Assembly (NCBI GenBank): GCA_965237955.1
Contig: OZ250169.1
Coordinates: 5,632,001-5,696,000 of the forward strand
DNA length: 64,000 nt
From: Candidatus Marinacidobacterales bacterium
GTDB lineage: Bacteria > Acidobacteriota > Vicinamibacteria > Marinacidobacterales > SMYC01
Direction: 5' to 3'
The translations under genes and the position numbers were made by a program. Below are positions 1-8,296 of this stretch, one piece after another (the stretch's first letter is position 1; every line of letters begins with the position of its first letter). Below the pieces are notes generated by a model. That model did not search any database, had not been told where the DNA came from, and saw only the letters and a list, made by a program, of their open reading frames with translations.

Positions 1-99
1 GCGGGTAGCGTGTTTCGTGAATGCTCGGTGTGGTTCGGAATTGCGCTTGTGAAAAAGAAGTTCGGTTCTCCTGTCGTTTCGGGGGATCTGATTTGTGTT

Positions 100-421
100 G
101 GAGGGCATGGCCTATGGACGCTGCCGCGATTGTGGAAAACGCCGGAAACTCCGGGCGAGAGAGGCGTTTAGGGAAAGGTTGTGAGCACGTACAAACGTGG
201 AGCGGCGTTTTCCACAATCGCTTGGAAAACGCTTCGCGTTTCCCACGAGCGCCCACAGGCCCCTCCTGATATATATACAAGAAAGATTAATTCATATGGA
301 ATAAGGAAGGGGGGGCTCGATTAGTGGAGGCTATGGAAAACGCCCTTCCAGGCTTCGAAGAGAACTCAGTCGTGAGCAAGGTCTGAACGACCAGAACCGT
401 GGGGGCGTTTCCCACAGCCTC
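100..421 (-). other. Structured non-coding leader of the ISL3 (two long hairpin domains; candidate ncRNA or protein-binding array)
   Basis: Perfect 19-bp IR at 126-144/203-221; stems at 110-122/248-260, 223-245 and 327-345/403-421; AT-rich linker 267-305. Confidence 0.55.
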
Positions 422-546
422 GTCTCCCGCTGAGGGGCAGTGGCATTTGGTGAGGCCCGTGGGTTGAGAGGGTAAGCCATGTGTAGATGCGCATCGGCGA
501 GAACGCTAGAATCTTTTTTTCCGAAAGAGAAAAGAGCGTTCCCGCG

Positions 547-1767
547 ATGCGCGTTACTACGTTAGTCAACAAGCTCATCGGATTGCAAGGCCTGTGGGTC
601 CGAGGTTTCCACTTCCAGGCGGACAAAGCCAGAGTGGTGGTGGATGTAGTACCACGGAGGAGGAAGCCTCTGTGCGGGATTTGCGGACGAAAGGTCCGCA
701 AGAACAAAGATCGCTACAATCGCTACTGGCGGCACTTGGACCTGTTCGGAGTCCGGACCTATCTTCGCTACTCGATCCGACGAGTGGTATGTCGGCGGTG
801 TGGAGTGGTCAGAGAAAAGGTGCCTTGGGCCGACAAGGGAAGCCGCTTTACCAAAAGCTTCGAACAAGAGGTAGCGTGGCTGGCACAGAGGACGGACGTC
901 AGCGCCGTAGCGAACTATTTCCGAGTGACGTGGCGTTCGGTGCGACGGATCATCCAGCGAGTGGTTGCCGAGCAGCGGGATGAGCGGCGCGAGCTCGATG
1001 GATTGCGGGTGATTGGGATGGACGAGATCAGCTACCGCAAACGCCACAAGTACTTAACAGTGGTAATAGACCATCTCAGCGGCCGGGTCGTCTGGGCGGG
1101 AAAGGAGCGCAAGGCCAAGACGCTGCTGCGGTTTTTCCGCAAGCTCGGACCACAAAGAGCCGCGGAGCTCGAAGCGGTCAGCATGGACATGTGGGAGCCG
1201 TACATAACTGTCGTCGGCAAAAAGGCTCCTCAGGCACGGGTGATCTTTGACCGCTTCCACATCGTCAAGCATCTGAACGAGGCCGTGGATAAGACCCGGC
1301 GCGAGCTGGTGCGCGAGCTCAAAGGGACTGCCCGGCGCAACCTCAAGAACACCAAGTTTCCCCTTCTCAAGGCCAAACACAACCGCAGCGCGAAAGACAA
1401 ACGGGTGCTCCGCGAGCAGGTGCGAGCTAATCGTCGCCTCTACCGCGCCATGCTTCTGCGCGACGACTTCATGGACCTCTACACCTACAAAACCGAGACA
1501 TGGGCCAAGAAGTTTCTCCGAGGATGGCTGCGGCGCGCTATGAGCTCGAGGATAGAGCCCGTCAAACGCGCGGCGAAGATGATCCGCAGCCACTTCGATG
1601 GCGTCATCGCGTGGGTCACGTGGAGACTCAGCAACGGCCGACTCGAAGGAATGAACAACAAAATCCGGCTGCTGAGCCACCGCAGCTTTGGACTCCACTC
1701 TGCCGAAGCTCTCATCAGTCTCGTCTACCTAAACTGTGGCGGTCTCACCCTCGAGAGGATCCACTGA
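547..1767 (+). CDS. ISL3 family transposase
   Basis: CxxC...CxxC zinc finger, IGMDE, SMDMW, IFDRFH and SNGRLEGMNNKI motifs; likely start MRVTT at 547 (ORF opens at 487). Confidence 0.95.
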   Translation: MRVTTLVNKLIGLQGLWVRGFHFQADKARVVVDVVPRRRKPLCGICGRKVRKNKDRYNRYWRHLDLFGVRTYLRYSIRRVVCRRCGVVREKVPWADKGSRFTKSFEQEVAWLAQRTDVSAVANYFRVTWRSVRRIIQRVVAEQRDERRELDGLRVIGMDEISYRKRHKYLTVVIDHLSGRVVWAGKERKAKTLLRFFRKLGPQRAAELEAVSMDMWEPYITVVGKKAPQARVIFDRFHIVKHLNEAVDKTRRELVRELKGTARRNLKNTKFPLLKAKHNRSAKDKRVLREQVRANRRLYRAMLLRDDFMDLYTYKTETWAKKFLRGWLRRAMSSRIEPVKRAAKMIRSHFDGVIAWVTWRLSNGRLEGMNNKIRLLSHRSFGLHSAEALISLVYLNCGGLTLERIH

Positions 1768-1964
1768 AATGGCAGGAGAGGCAGAAGTTCTTCACTTCCG
1801 TTTGGCCGGGTCTTGGTTGGCAATGTGTTGTCTTCCGTTTAAGTCTATTTGTGTCATAGCGTTGGGTGCCGGCGGTTTCAGCGTGTGAACGAGAAGCTGC
1901 GCGTTCGCATTTTCGCCTTGACAGAGTCAAGGTGCGCTATTAATGTCTCACTCGGGGATGGTTG

Positions 1965-2522
1965 AAATCCCTCGCCTTTAGGCGAAGCCTTTAGGAGGCT
2001 TGGGGTACGATCCCCAGGTGAAAGGATATCGTAAATCATCGCACACGACGTACCAGTTAAACTATCACTTCGTATTTATCACGAAGTACCGCAAGCCGGC
2101 CTTGAGAGGGGATGTAGCGGTTCGTCTCCGGGATCTCATCCGGGAGATCTGTGCTCGGAACCAGATAGAAATACTGAAGGGTCATGTGCGGCCTGAGCAG
2201 TTGCATCTGTTACTGAGCGTGCCGCCGAATTTGTCGCCGAGTCGAGTGATGCAGTTGATCAAGGGTAAGACGTCGAATCGTCTGATGCGAGACTTTCGGA
2301 CGATGCGGAAGGAGTTCTGGGGTCGGCACCTATGGGCACGGGGTTACTTCGTGGTGACGACGGGCAACGTGACGGATGAGGTGATAGCGAAGTATATAGA
2401 GTTGCAAGGTGCCGTGCCCCAGGACGACGATTCTTTCAAGGTTAGCGAGTAGTGAAACGAGGCAAGGACAAGCCGACTTTAGTCGGCGACGTGAACCCAT
2501 CGCCTTTAGGCGATGGAGCGCA
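1965..2522 (+). mobile_element. IS200/IS605-family element (tnpA only); ends approximate
   Basis: Subterminal hairpins with TTTA loops at 1972-1985, 2472-2487 and 2497-2516 flanking a Y1 transposase; no terminal IR or target duplication seen. Confidence 0.85.
2018..2452 (+). CDS. tnpA: IS200/IS605 Y1 (HUH) transposase, HUH motif altered
   Basis: YHFVFITKYRK, IKGKTS, HLWARGYFV and KYIELQ motifs; HUH site reads QLH; ORF opens at 2000. Confidence 0.9.
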   Translation: MKGYRKSSHTTYQLNYHFVFITKYRKPALRGDVAVRLRDLIREICARNQIEILKGHVRPEQLHLLLSVPPNLSPSRVMQLIKGKTSNRLMRDFRTMRKEFWGRHLWARGYFVVTTGNVTDEVIAKYIELQGAVPQDDDSFKVSE

Positions 2523-2744
2523 CGCGCTCAGTATTGGTCTACCCAACACAACAGAATATAATAATATGTTCTTCGTTTGTGCTTCCAATAAAGGCATATC
2601 GCCAGGGGTCCGCATAAGGCCTGTTCATTTTTTATGCCGGGCCTACCATCCATCGACCGAACCCGCTAATTTATCCTGCTTTATCTTTAACCTCGTCCTG
2701 AACTCTCCACATACATAATCCCTGGCAGCTTTTGTTGGGACACA

Positions 2745-2779
2745 GGGGGGCGCCTTCGGGCGCCCCCCGCCCTCTTTTT
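2745..2779 (+). repeat. GC-rich hairpin (REP-like or terminator-like)
   Basis: ggggggcgcc-ttcg-ggcgcccccc followed shortly by a T-tract. Confidence 0.4.
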
Positions 2780-2896
2780 GTGAGGCGCGCGTTCGCGCGC
2801 CGGTGCGGCTCTCGGCATACGGCATACGGCTCACTTCGCGAACTTTGCCTTGGTTCGAGCCCTCGTTGTTATCGCTTTCGTGGTAATAATTCCTTC

Positions 2897-3961
2897 ATGA
2901 AATTGTCTATTACTACTTTGCCGGGGGATGGGATTGGGCCGGAAGTTGTTGCGGAGGCGATGAAAGTGCTCGAAGCGGTCGCCTCTCGGTTCGGTCATGA
3001 GCTGGATGCCAATGCTCATCCTTTTGGATCGTCTGGGCTCGATGCAGCGGGGAGCGGTTTTCCCGACGAGACACGCGACGCATGTCTGTCGGCGCCGGCG
3101 ATCGTTCTTGGTGCGGTCGGGGATCCTCGACACGATCACTTGCCGCCGAACGAGCGGCCGGAGCGGGCGCTTCTTCATCTTCGGCGGTTGATCGAGAGCT
3201 TCGCTAATTTGCGGCCGGTGGTTGCGCAATACGTTTCGCCGAGCTCGCCGTTCAAGGCGGAGACGCTGGACGGCGTGGATCTTTTGATCGTTCGTGAGCT
3301 TACCGGCGGGCTCTATTTCGGAGAGCCGCGTGGTTTCGAAGGCGACGGGAAGGATCGACGGGCCTTCAACACGATGACTTACAGCAGCGGTGAGATCGAT
3401 CGTATCGCCCGTGTTGCATTCGACGCGGCGATGAAGCGGCGCCGGCACGTCACGTCGGTCGATAAATCCAACGTGCTGGAAACGTCGAAGCTCTGGCGCG
3501 AGGTCGTCGACGAGGTCGCGAAGGACTATCCCGACGTGACGCTCGAGCACATGTTCGTGGATCGGGCGGCGATGGAGCTCATCGCGCATCCTGCGGGCAT
3601 CGATGTCATGCTCACCGGGAACCTCTTCGGCGACATTTTGAGCGACGAGGCGTCGATGCTGGCGGGCTCAATGGGGTTGCTGCCGTCCGCGAGTCTCGGC
3701 GGAGACGTGGGGCTCTATGAGCCGGTGCACGGCTCGGCGCCCGATATCGCGGGTAAAGGGATCGCGAACCCGATAGGGGCGATCGCCTCGATGGCGATGA
3801 TGCTCCGCTACTCGTTCGACCTCGCGGACGAAGCCAAGTTAGTCGAGCGAGGAATCGAATCGGCTTTCGCCAACGGCTTTCTCACCGCCGACCTGAGCGA
3901 TGACGCGAAATCCACCGAGGAGGTCGGCGATCACATCGCGCGATATGTGACCGACTCCTGA
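2897..3961 (+). CDS. leuB: 3-isopropylmalate dehydrogenase
   Basis: LPGDGIGPEV, VRELTGGLYFG, SVDKSNVL, NLFGDILSDEA and YEPVHGSAPDIAG motifs; ATG at 2897. Confidence 0.95.
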   Translation: MKLSITTLPGDGIGPEVVAEAMKVLEAVASRFGHELDANAHPFGSSGLDAAGSGFPDETRDACLSAPAIVLGAVGDPRHDHLPPNERPERALLHLRRLIESFANLRPVVAQYVSPSSPFKAETLDGVDLLIVRELTGGLYFGEPRGFEGDGKDRRAFNTMTYSSGEIDRIARVAFDAAMKRRRHVTSVDKSNVLETSKLWREVVDEVAKDYPDVTLEHMFVDRAAMELIAHPAGIDVMLTGNLFGDILSDEASMLAGSMGLLPSASLGGDVGLYEPVHGSAPDIAGKGIANPIGAIASMAMMLRYSFDLADEAKLVERGIESAFANGFLTADLSDDAKSTEEVGDHIARYVTDS

Positions 3962-3963
3962 TC

Positions 3964-4039
3964 AACGCAAAGGCGCAAAGACCTAAGGGCGCAAAGTGAA
4001 TCGGTCCTTTGCGTCTTCGCGGCTTGGCGTCTTTGCGTT
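3964..4039. repeat. Intergenic palindromic CGCAAAG-type repeat between convergent genes
   Basis: aacgcaaaggcgcaaag ... ctttgcgtc ... gcgtctttgcgtt; relatives at about 40262-40348 and 54811-54987. Confidence 0.6.
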
Positions 4040-4502
4040 ATTTTTCTCGAGCAGCCTTCACTTTCAGTTTTTCGTCGATGAAATCGGCGTGGGGAACGTG
4101 CAGAAGTTTCGCGATTTTCCGGATCAGGTACTCCTCGCGCTCCTCGAGGCGGTCGTCGCTGAACGCGACCTGCCACAAAAGCCCGACGATGTGCTTTTTC
4201 TGCTCGGCGGTGAAGCCCTTGTCGACGAGGCGGGTGAACTCGTACAAAGAGATGGCTTCGTTCACTTCCTGTTCCGCGAGGGCGATGATTTCGCGGGTCT
4301 CCTCGTCCGAGATGCCGAAACTGTCGCGAAGTGCTTGTTCGATAGCGAGCTTCTCCTCGTCGGCGATCTTGAAGTCGGCCCGCGAAATCTCGATGAGAAG
4401 AGCTGCGGTCGCGAGCTTTTGCGCGTGCTCGAGCGAGACAGGAGTGGTCTCCTCGGTAACGGTGATGCGTGCGTAGAAGAATTCCTGGATTGTTCTAATC
4501 AA
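4038..4502 (-). CDS. TerB family (tellurite-resistance-like) protein
   Basis: AALLIEISRAD...LWQVAFSD...EEYLIRKIAKLL; TTG start overlaps the upstream stop (TTGA). Confidence 0.85.
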   Translation of the reverse strand: MIRTIQEFFYARITVTEETTPVSLEHAQKLATAALLIEISRADFKIADEEKLAIEQALRDSFGISDEETREIIALAEQEVNEAISLYEFTRLVDKGFTAEQKKHIVGLLWQVAFSDDRLEEREEYLIRKIAKLLHVPHADFIDEKLKVKAAREK

Positions 4503-6136
4503 GCTGGAACCTCTGGCGCCGTTACCGTATCTCGAAATCGTCCCTGAACATAGGTAGCAAGCGCTCCGAAACCCCACAGGGCGACGAGCACCGCCGCGAC
4601 GAACGAGACAAACGGGATCGACTTCGCGACATGAATCAGGAACAAGCCGAGAGCGAGGCGGGCGAGGCCGGCGCTCGCGCTCGTCGGGGTTCCCAGGATC
4701 TCCCGTCCAATGTAGGCCGCGACGTACACCTGCGCAACGTAGAGACCGACGCCGAGGACGAAGAGCGTGGTCATCCCGAGCGGGGCGCCTACGATGGTGA
4801 TGGTGACCAGACATCCGGATGCGAGCAGGACGATTGCCGAGACGACCCCGGTGACGAAACTCTTCCCGTAGTCGGGCACGTGCTTCGTCACGATTTCTTC
4901 GGTCGCTTCGGGCGTTATCAGCATCAGGACCGCGCCGAAGATGAAAGCGGCCGTCCAGAAGTAGAAAAACGCCGTGGCCCACGAGACGACGGGCCGCTCG
5001 TCGTCTTCTTCGGTCTGCTCGAAACGGATGGGTGAGGCTAGATCGGCGCCGGGATCGACGTCGGGCTCGTCCCGACCATAGAACGTCGCGTCGCCGCCGA
5101 TCCCTCCATCCGCGCCGATCGTCAGACGCTCGCCCGCCATGAGAGCTGAGCCTTCGACGCGTGCGTGAATCTCGGTCGTCTGGGCGGCGAGGATGATGTC
5201 GCGCGGAACGGGTGCATGGAGAATGACTTCGCGAGCGCCAGCGGTGAAGCTTCCTCCGAGGCTCGCACCGCTCGCGAGGCGAACGATCTCGCCTGCGGCC
5301 GTGATGTTGCGCTCCACCACGCCCTCGATGTGCAGCCGTTGCGAGCCAGTTCGGACATTGCCTCCCACGCGGCCGGTGATGTCGATGGTCTTGGCGAAGC
5401 CGATGACGTCACCCCTAACCTCGCCGACGACTTCCACCGTGCTGGCGAAGACTATGAGGTCTCCGTCGATGATCCCCTCGATGCGGACTTCCTCGGCGGC
5501 AATGATGAGGTCGGTCTCGATCACGTGGCCCGCACGAAGTGTGTACACTTCGACGTCGACCTCGATGACCGCCGCTTCCGTGCGTGCCGGCAAGGCGACG
5601 ACTCCAGTGATCACCGCGAGGGTTAGACACAACGTCGCCGCGGACCTTCGGAATCGACGCCACGCCCAATGCAGGACGTAGCCGGCAAGGACGAGCACCG
5701 CGAGAAGCACCGCGCCTTGGATGAGCTTCAACAACATATCTGACCACCCTCTCCAGAGAAGACTGCGAATCAAAACGGTCGTGGCAACGCTCGTGCTGTC
5801 GAGGCCCACGGTCTCCATCCCGTCGACCACGGGGGAGACGTATCGTGTCCACAACGAAGAAACGCCGAGCGTGCCGAAAACGAGGATTGCCACCAGGACC
5901 CACGAGATGTCGGCGTGGCGCGGGCGAATATGGTCGGGAAGCGCTTCTTCTTCTTGGAGGACGGCGGCGCGGAGAATCTCGGTCTCCGCTTTCAGCGCTT
6001 CGTAGCCAGCGCGGCAGCGCGCGCATTCGATCAAGTGATTTCGAGTGGCGTCTTCGCGATCCCGGGACAGCTCGCCTTCGGCGAGCCGCAGGATCGTGAG
6101 CTCGTCGACATGCTTCACGCCGTCGGATGGACTCAC
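4499..6136 (-). CDS. Zinc-binding anti-sigma factor fused to a bactofilin-like (polymer-forming) repeat region and a multi-TM C-terminus
   Basis: N-terminal HLIECARC (HxxxCxxC); TM segments; repeated (I/V)xGxVxGD/N units; several C-terminal TM helices; coupled to the ECF gene. Confidence 0.8.
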   Translation of the reverse strand: MSPSDGVKHVDELTILRLAEGELSRDREDATRNHLIECARCRAGYEALKAETEILRAAVLQEEEALPDHIRPRHADISWVLVAILVFGTLGVSSLWTRYVSPVVDGMETVGLDSTSVATTVLIRSLLWRGWSDMLLKLIQGAVLLAVLVLAGYVLHWAWRRFRRSAATLCLTLAVITGVVALPARTEAAVIEVDVEVYTLRAGHVIETDLIIAAEEVRIEGIIDGDLIVFASTVEVVGEVRGDVIGFAKTIDITGRVGGNVRTGSQRLHIEGVVERNITAAGEIVRLASGASLGGSFTAGAREVILHAPVPRDIILAAQTTEIHARVEGSALMAGERLTIGADGGIGGDATFYGRDEPDVDPGADLASPIRFEQTEEDDERPVVSWATAFFYFWTAAFIFGAVLMLITPEATEEIVTKHVPDYGKSFVTGVVSAIVLLASGCLVTITIVGAPLGMTTLFVLGVGLYVAQVYVAAYIGREILGTPTSASAGLARLALGLFLIHVAKSIPFVSFVAAVLVALWGFGALATYVQGRFRDTVTAPEVPA

Positions 6137-6687
6137 GAGGTCAACCTCTTTCTGAGAGCGCGCCGGGCCCTCAACAACAACACACCGGTGAAATTGCTCG
6201 AAATGCCGAGCACGTCGCCAATCTCCGCGTAGCTCATGTCAGCGAAGTACCGGAGAATGACCGCGAGGCGCGTCCGGTCGTCGAGCTCGGCGATGGCGCG
6301 GCGAATGTTCCGTTTGCTCTCGTTGATGAGCACGGCTTCTTGTGGTGTCGGTGCGTCCGCTTCGAGCCTCGAAAGCTCCGCTTCGGAGTCGTCGAGCTCG
6401 CGGTGGGGGCTCCTCTTTCTGAGCTCGTCCCAGCAGTGGTTTGCCGCGACCCGGTAGAGCCAGGGTGGAAACGGACGAGACGCGTCGTACTGCGCAAGGC
6501 GCATGCGCGCCTTCAGGAAAACTTCGCCAGTGGCATCTTCGGCGTCCGGTCGCGTCGGTAGTGCCCGGCGACAAAGTCGGAATATTGAAGGTGCCATGGT
6601 TTGATAGATTTCTGCCCAAGCTTCGGAATCCCCGTCGCGGGCCTGCTTCGCCAGGCTCGCCAGGTCTTCGTCGGTTGAGATTCCCAC
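6133..6687 (-). CDS. ECF RNA polymerase sigma factor
   Basis: DAEDATGEVF, FPPWLYRVAANHC (region 2); MSYAEIGDVLG (region 4). Confidence 0.92.
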   Translation of the reverse strand: MGISTDEDLASLAKQARDGDSEAWAEIYQTMAPSIFRLCRRALPTRPDAEDATGEVFLKARMRLAQYDASRPFPPWLYRVAANHCWDELRKRSPHRELDDSEAELSRLEADAPTPQEAVLINESKRNIRRAIAELDDRTRLAVILRYFADMSYAEIGDVLGISSNFTGVLLLRARRALRKRLTS

Positions 6688-6739
6688 TATGTACTACGCT
6701 CCAGGGACCGGATTATTACAGGGAATGTGGGTCGCAGTT

Positions 6740-7003
6740 ACGACTCCAGGAGTGTGGAATCTCCTCGCGGCTTACGAAAGGCGTTTTGCGCTTGTTCGGG
6801 TTGAAGGGGCGTCACGCCTGGAACGTCGTCCACCAAGGCGGCAGCATCGCCCTCGTGGACGTGACCTTTGCCGAAGACGACGGCCCGCTCGTCCTCGTGA
6901 GGGCACGACGCTCGAAGAGCTCTATCAACGCGCCGCTGGCTTGAATCGTGTTTATTGTCCCAGCCCGGATACGTCGAACCACTATCAGATACGACGGCCG
7001 CCG
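6740..7003 (+). pseudogene. Possible transglutaminase-like (papain-fold) gene fragment, frameshifted near 6900
   Basis: LQECGISSRLTKG...GRHAWNVV...ALVDVT resembles the His/Asp half of a Cys-His-Asp triad; continues in another frame (GTTLEELYQRAA); no start or catalytic Cys region. Confidence 0.35.
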
Positions 7004-7489
7004 TTAGGCACTTCGGCGTCGGGGCGTGAGCGCGAGCAACATCCGCCCACCTAGCGTTCGCGCGAAGCCGTAGCATTTGTTCACCGGATGCTTCCGTCCT
7101 AACGACGGGATCAACGGCTTTCGCCGGGGGACGAGATGTTGGAGCTCGCGGCGTAAACGGCGATCGCTCTGATGGACGCGCACGCCCCGCTTGAGGGCGA
7201 CGATGGCTTCCCGCCGCCTTCCCTGGGCGGCGAGCGCCCGAGCGAGGTTCAGGTACAAGACACTACATCGCCGTCCATCCCTCTCGACGGCTTCTTCACA
7301 CAAACCGATGCTTTGTTCGTTTCTCCCGTGGGTAAAGGCCAAGAGCAAGCCGTAGTACGAAATGTGAGATGGATCGCGGCTTCCTTCTTGCACGAGGCGA
7401 CGCATCGATTTGGTCGCCATCGCCAAGCGGTCGGCGCGATAGTCTTGGAGCGCCTGCTCGAAAATCCGTTCCCGATGCTCAGCATCCAT
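7004..7489 (-). CDS. TPR-like helical hypothetical protein
   Basis: YYGLLLA and LYLNLARALAAQGRRREAI TPR-like helices. Confidence 0.7.
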   Translation of the reverse strand: MDAEHRERIFEQALQDYRADRLAMATKSMRRLVQEGSRDPSHISYYGLLLAFTHGRNEQSIGLCEEAVERDGRRCSVLYLNLARALAAQGRRREAIVALKRGVRVHQSDRRLRRELQHLVPRRKPLIPSLGRKHPVNKCYGFARTLGGRMLLALTPRRRSA

Positions 7490-7684
7490 GGCTTTTCTCT
7501 ACGGGGGTTTATTCAATTGTTCGGATAACGTAAGACTAAGACGACTCGGGCTCCAGATCAAGTGCCGGAGGTCCTTGACACGAGTGCGACGAGTGCGGTA
7601 TTCGTATGCTCCCCAAGGTCGTACCATGCCCGTGCGCGGGCCGGCACGTGGTTATTAGTCAATTTCCATCATAGCGAGGACATC

Positions 7685-7891
7685 ATGGACCGTGATTCCT
7701 TCATACGAGCACTTCAGGGTTGCATCGGAAGCGCGACGGGACGCCATTACCCACATATCGAGTGGACGAAAATGAGCGATCGGGGCCTGATCGAGTGTGC
7801 CGAGCTCGTGCGCGATCTCCTCGAAAAGCGCCTGCGGGCACTCGACCAGATGCTGACGGCGCCAGAGCCGCGCGACGGGAAAATCCATTGA
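7685..7891 (+). CDS. Small hypothetical protein
   Basis: RBS gagga before ATG 7685; stop overlaps the start of the PilZ gene. Confidence 0.55.
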   Translation: MDRDSFIRALQGCIGSATGRHYPHIEWTKMSDRGLIECAELVRDLLEKRLRALDQMLTAPEPRDGKIH

Positions 7892-8256
7892 TCAAAAGGC
7901 GTTTTCCGCGCGTCTCGCTCAAAGTTCCTCTGTTCATCACTGTGGGCGCAGGTCGTCTCTACGAGAAGGCCGTCGAGATCGAGTGCTGCGACATCTCGGG
8001 CGGCGGTCTGTCGTTCGAGACGCGCCGGGAAATCCCGCTCGACGCGAGATCCAAGATCGTCATGGGGCGCTTGGGCAATCTTCCTTCCTCGGCGATCATC
8101 GAAGGGCGCGTCGCCTATCGGCGCAAACAGGCGGGGACGGACCGATATACGATCGGGGTCGAGTTTCTAGACTTCGTCAACACGAGCCGGGAGGAGCTGC
8201 TCGAGCGCATCCAGTCGTGGCAGGACGACGACGCGCCCACGCTGAACCGTTCTTAG
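7888..8256 (+). CDS. PilZ domain protein (c-di-GMP receptor)
   Basis: RRFPR (RxxxR) and DISGGG motifs; C-terminal IGVEF. Confidence 0.88.
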   Translation: MIKRRFPRVSLKVPLFITVGAGRLYEKAVEIECCDISGGGLSFETRREIPLDARSKIVMGRLGNLPSSAIIEGRVAYRRKQAGTDRYTIGVEFLDFVNTSREELLERIQSWQDDDAPTLNRS

Positions 8257-8296
8257 GGCCCTTGGCTCGCGTGGGCTGCGATATTATGCATCCACG

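Larger units (their letters stand above)
64..1782 (+). mobile_element. ISL3-family insertion sequence, copy 1 (complete, 1719 bp)
   Basis: Imperfect ~25-bp terminal IRs (ggttctcctgtcgtttcgggggatc / gatccactgaaatggcaggagaggc); 8-bp target duplication agaagttc at 56-63 and 1783-1790; contains an ISL3 transposase. Confidence 0.95.

Noticed and set aside
100-421. Repeated TGTGGAAAAC motifs as a CRISPR array
   Set aside because: Repeats are inverted and irregularly spaced, with no unique equal-length spacers and no cas genes
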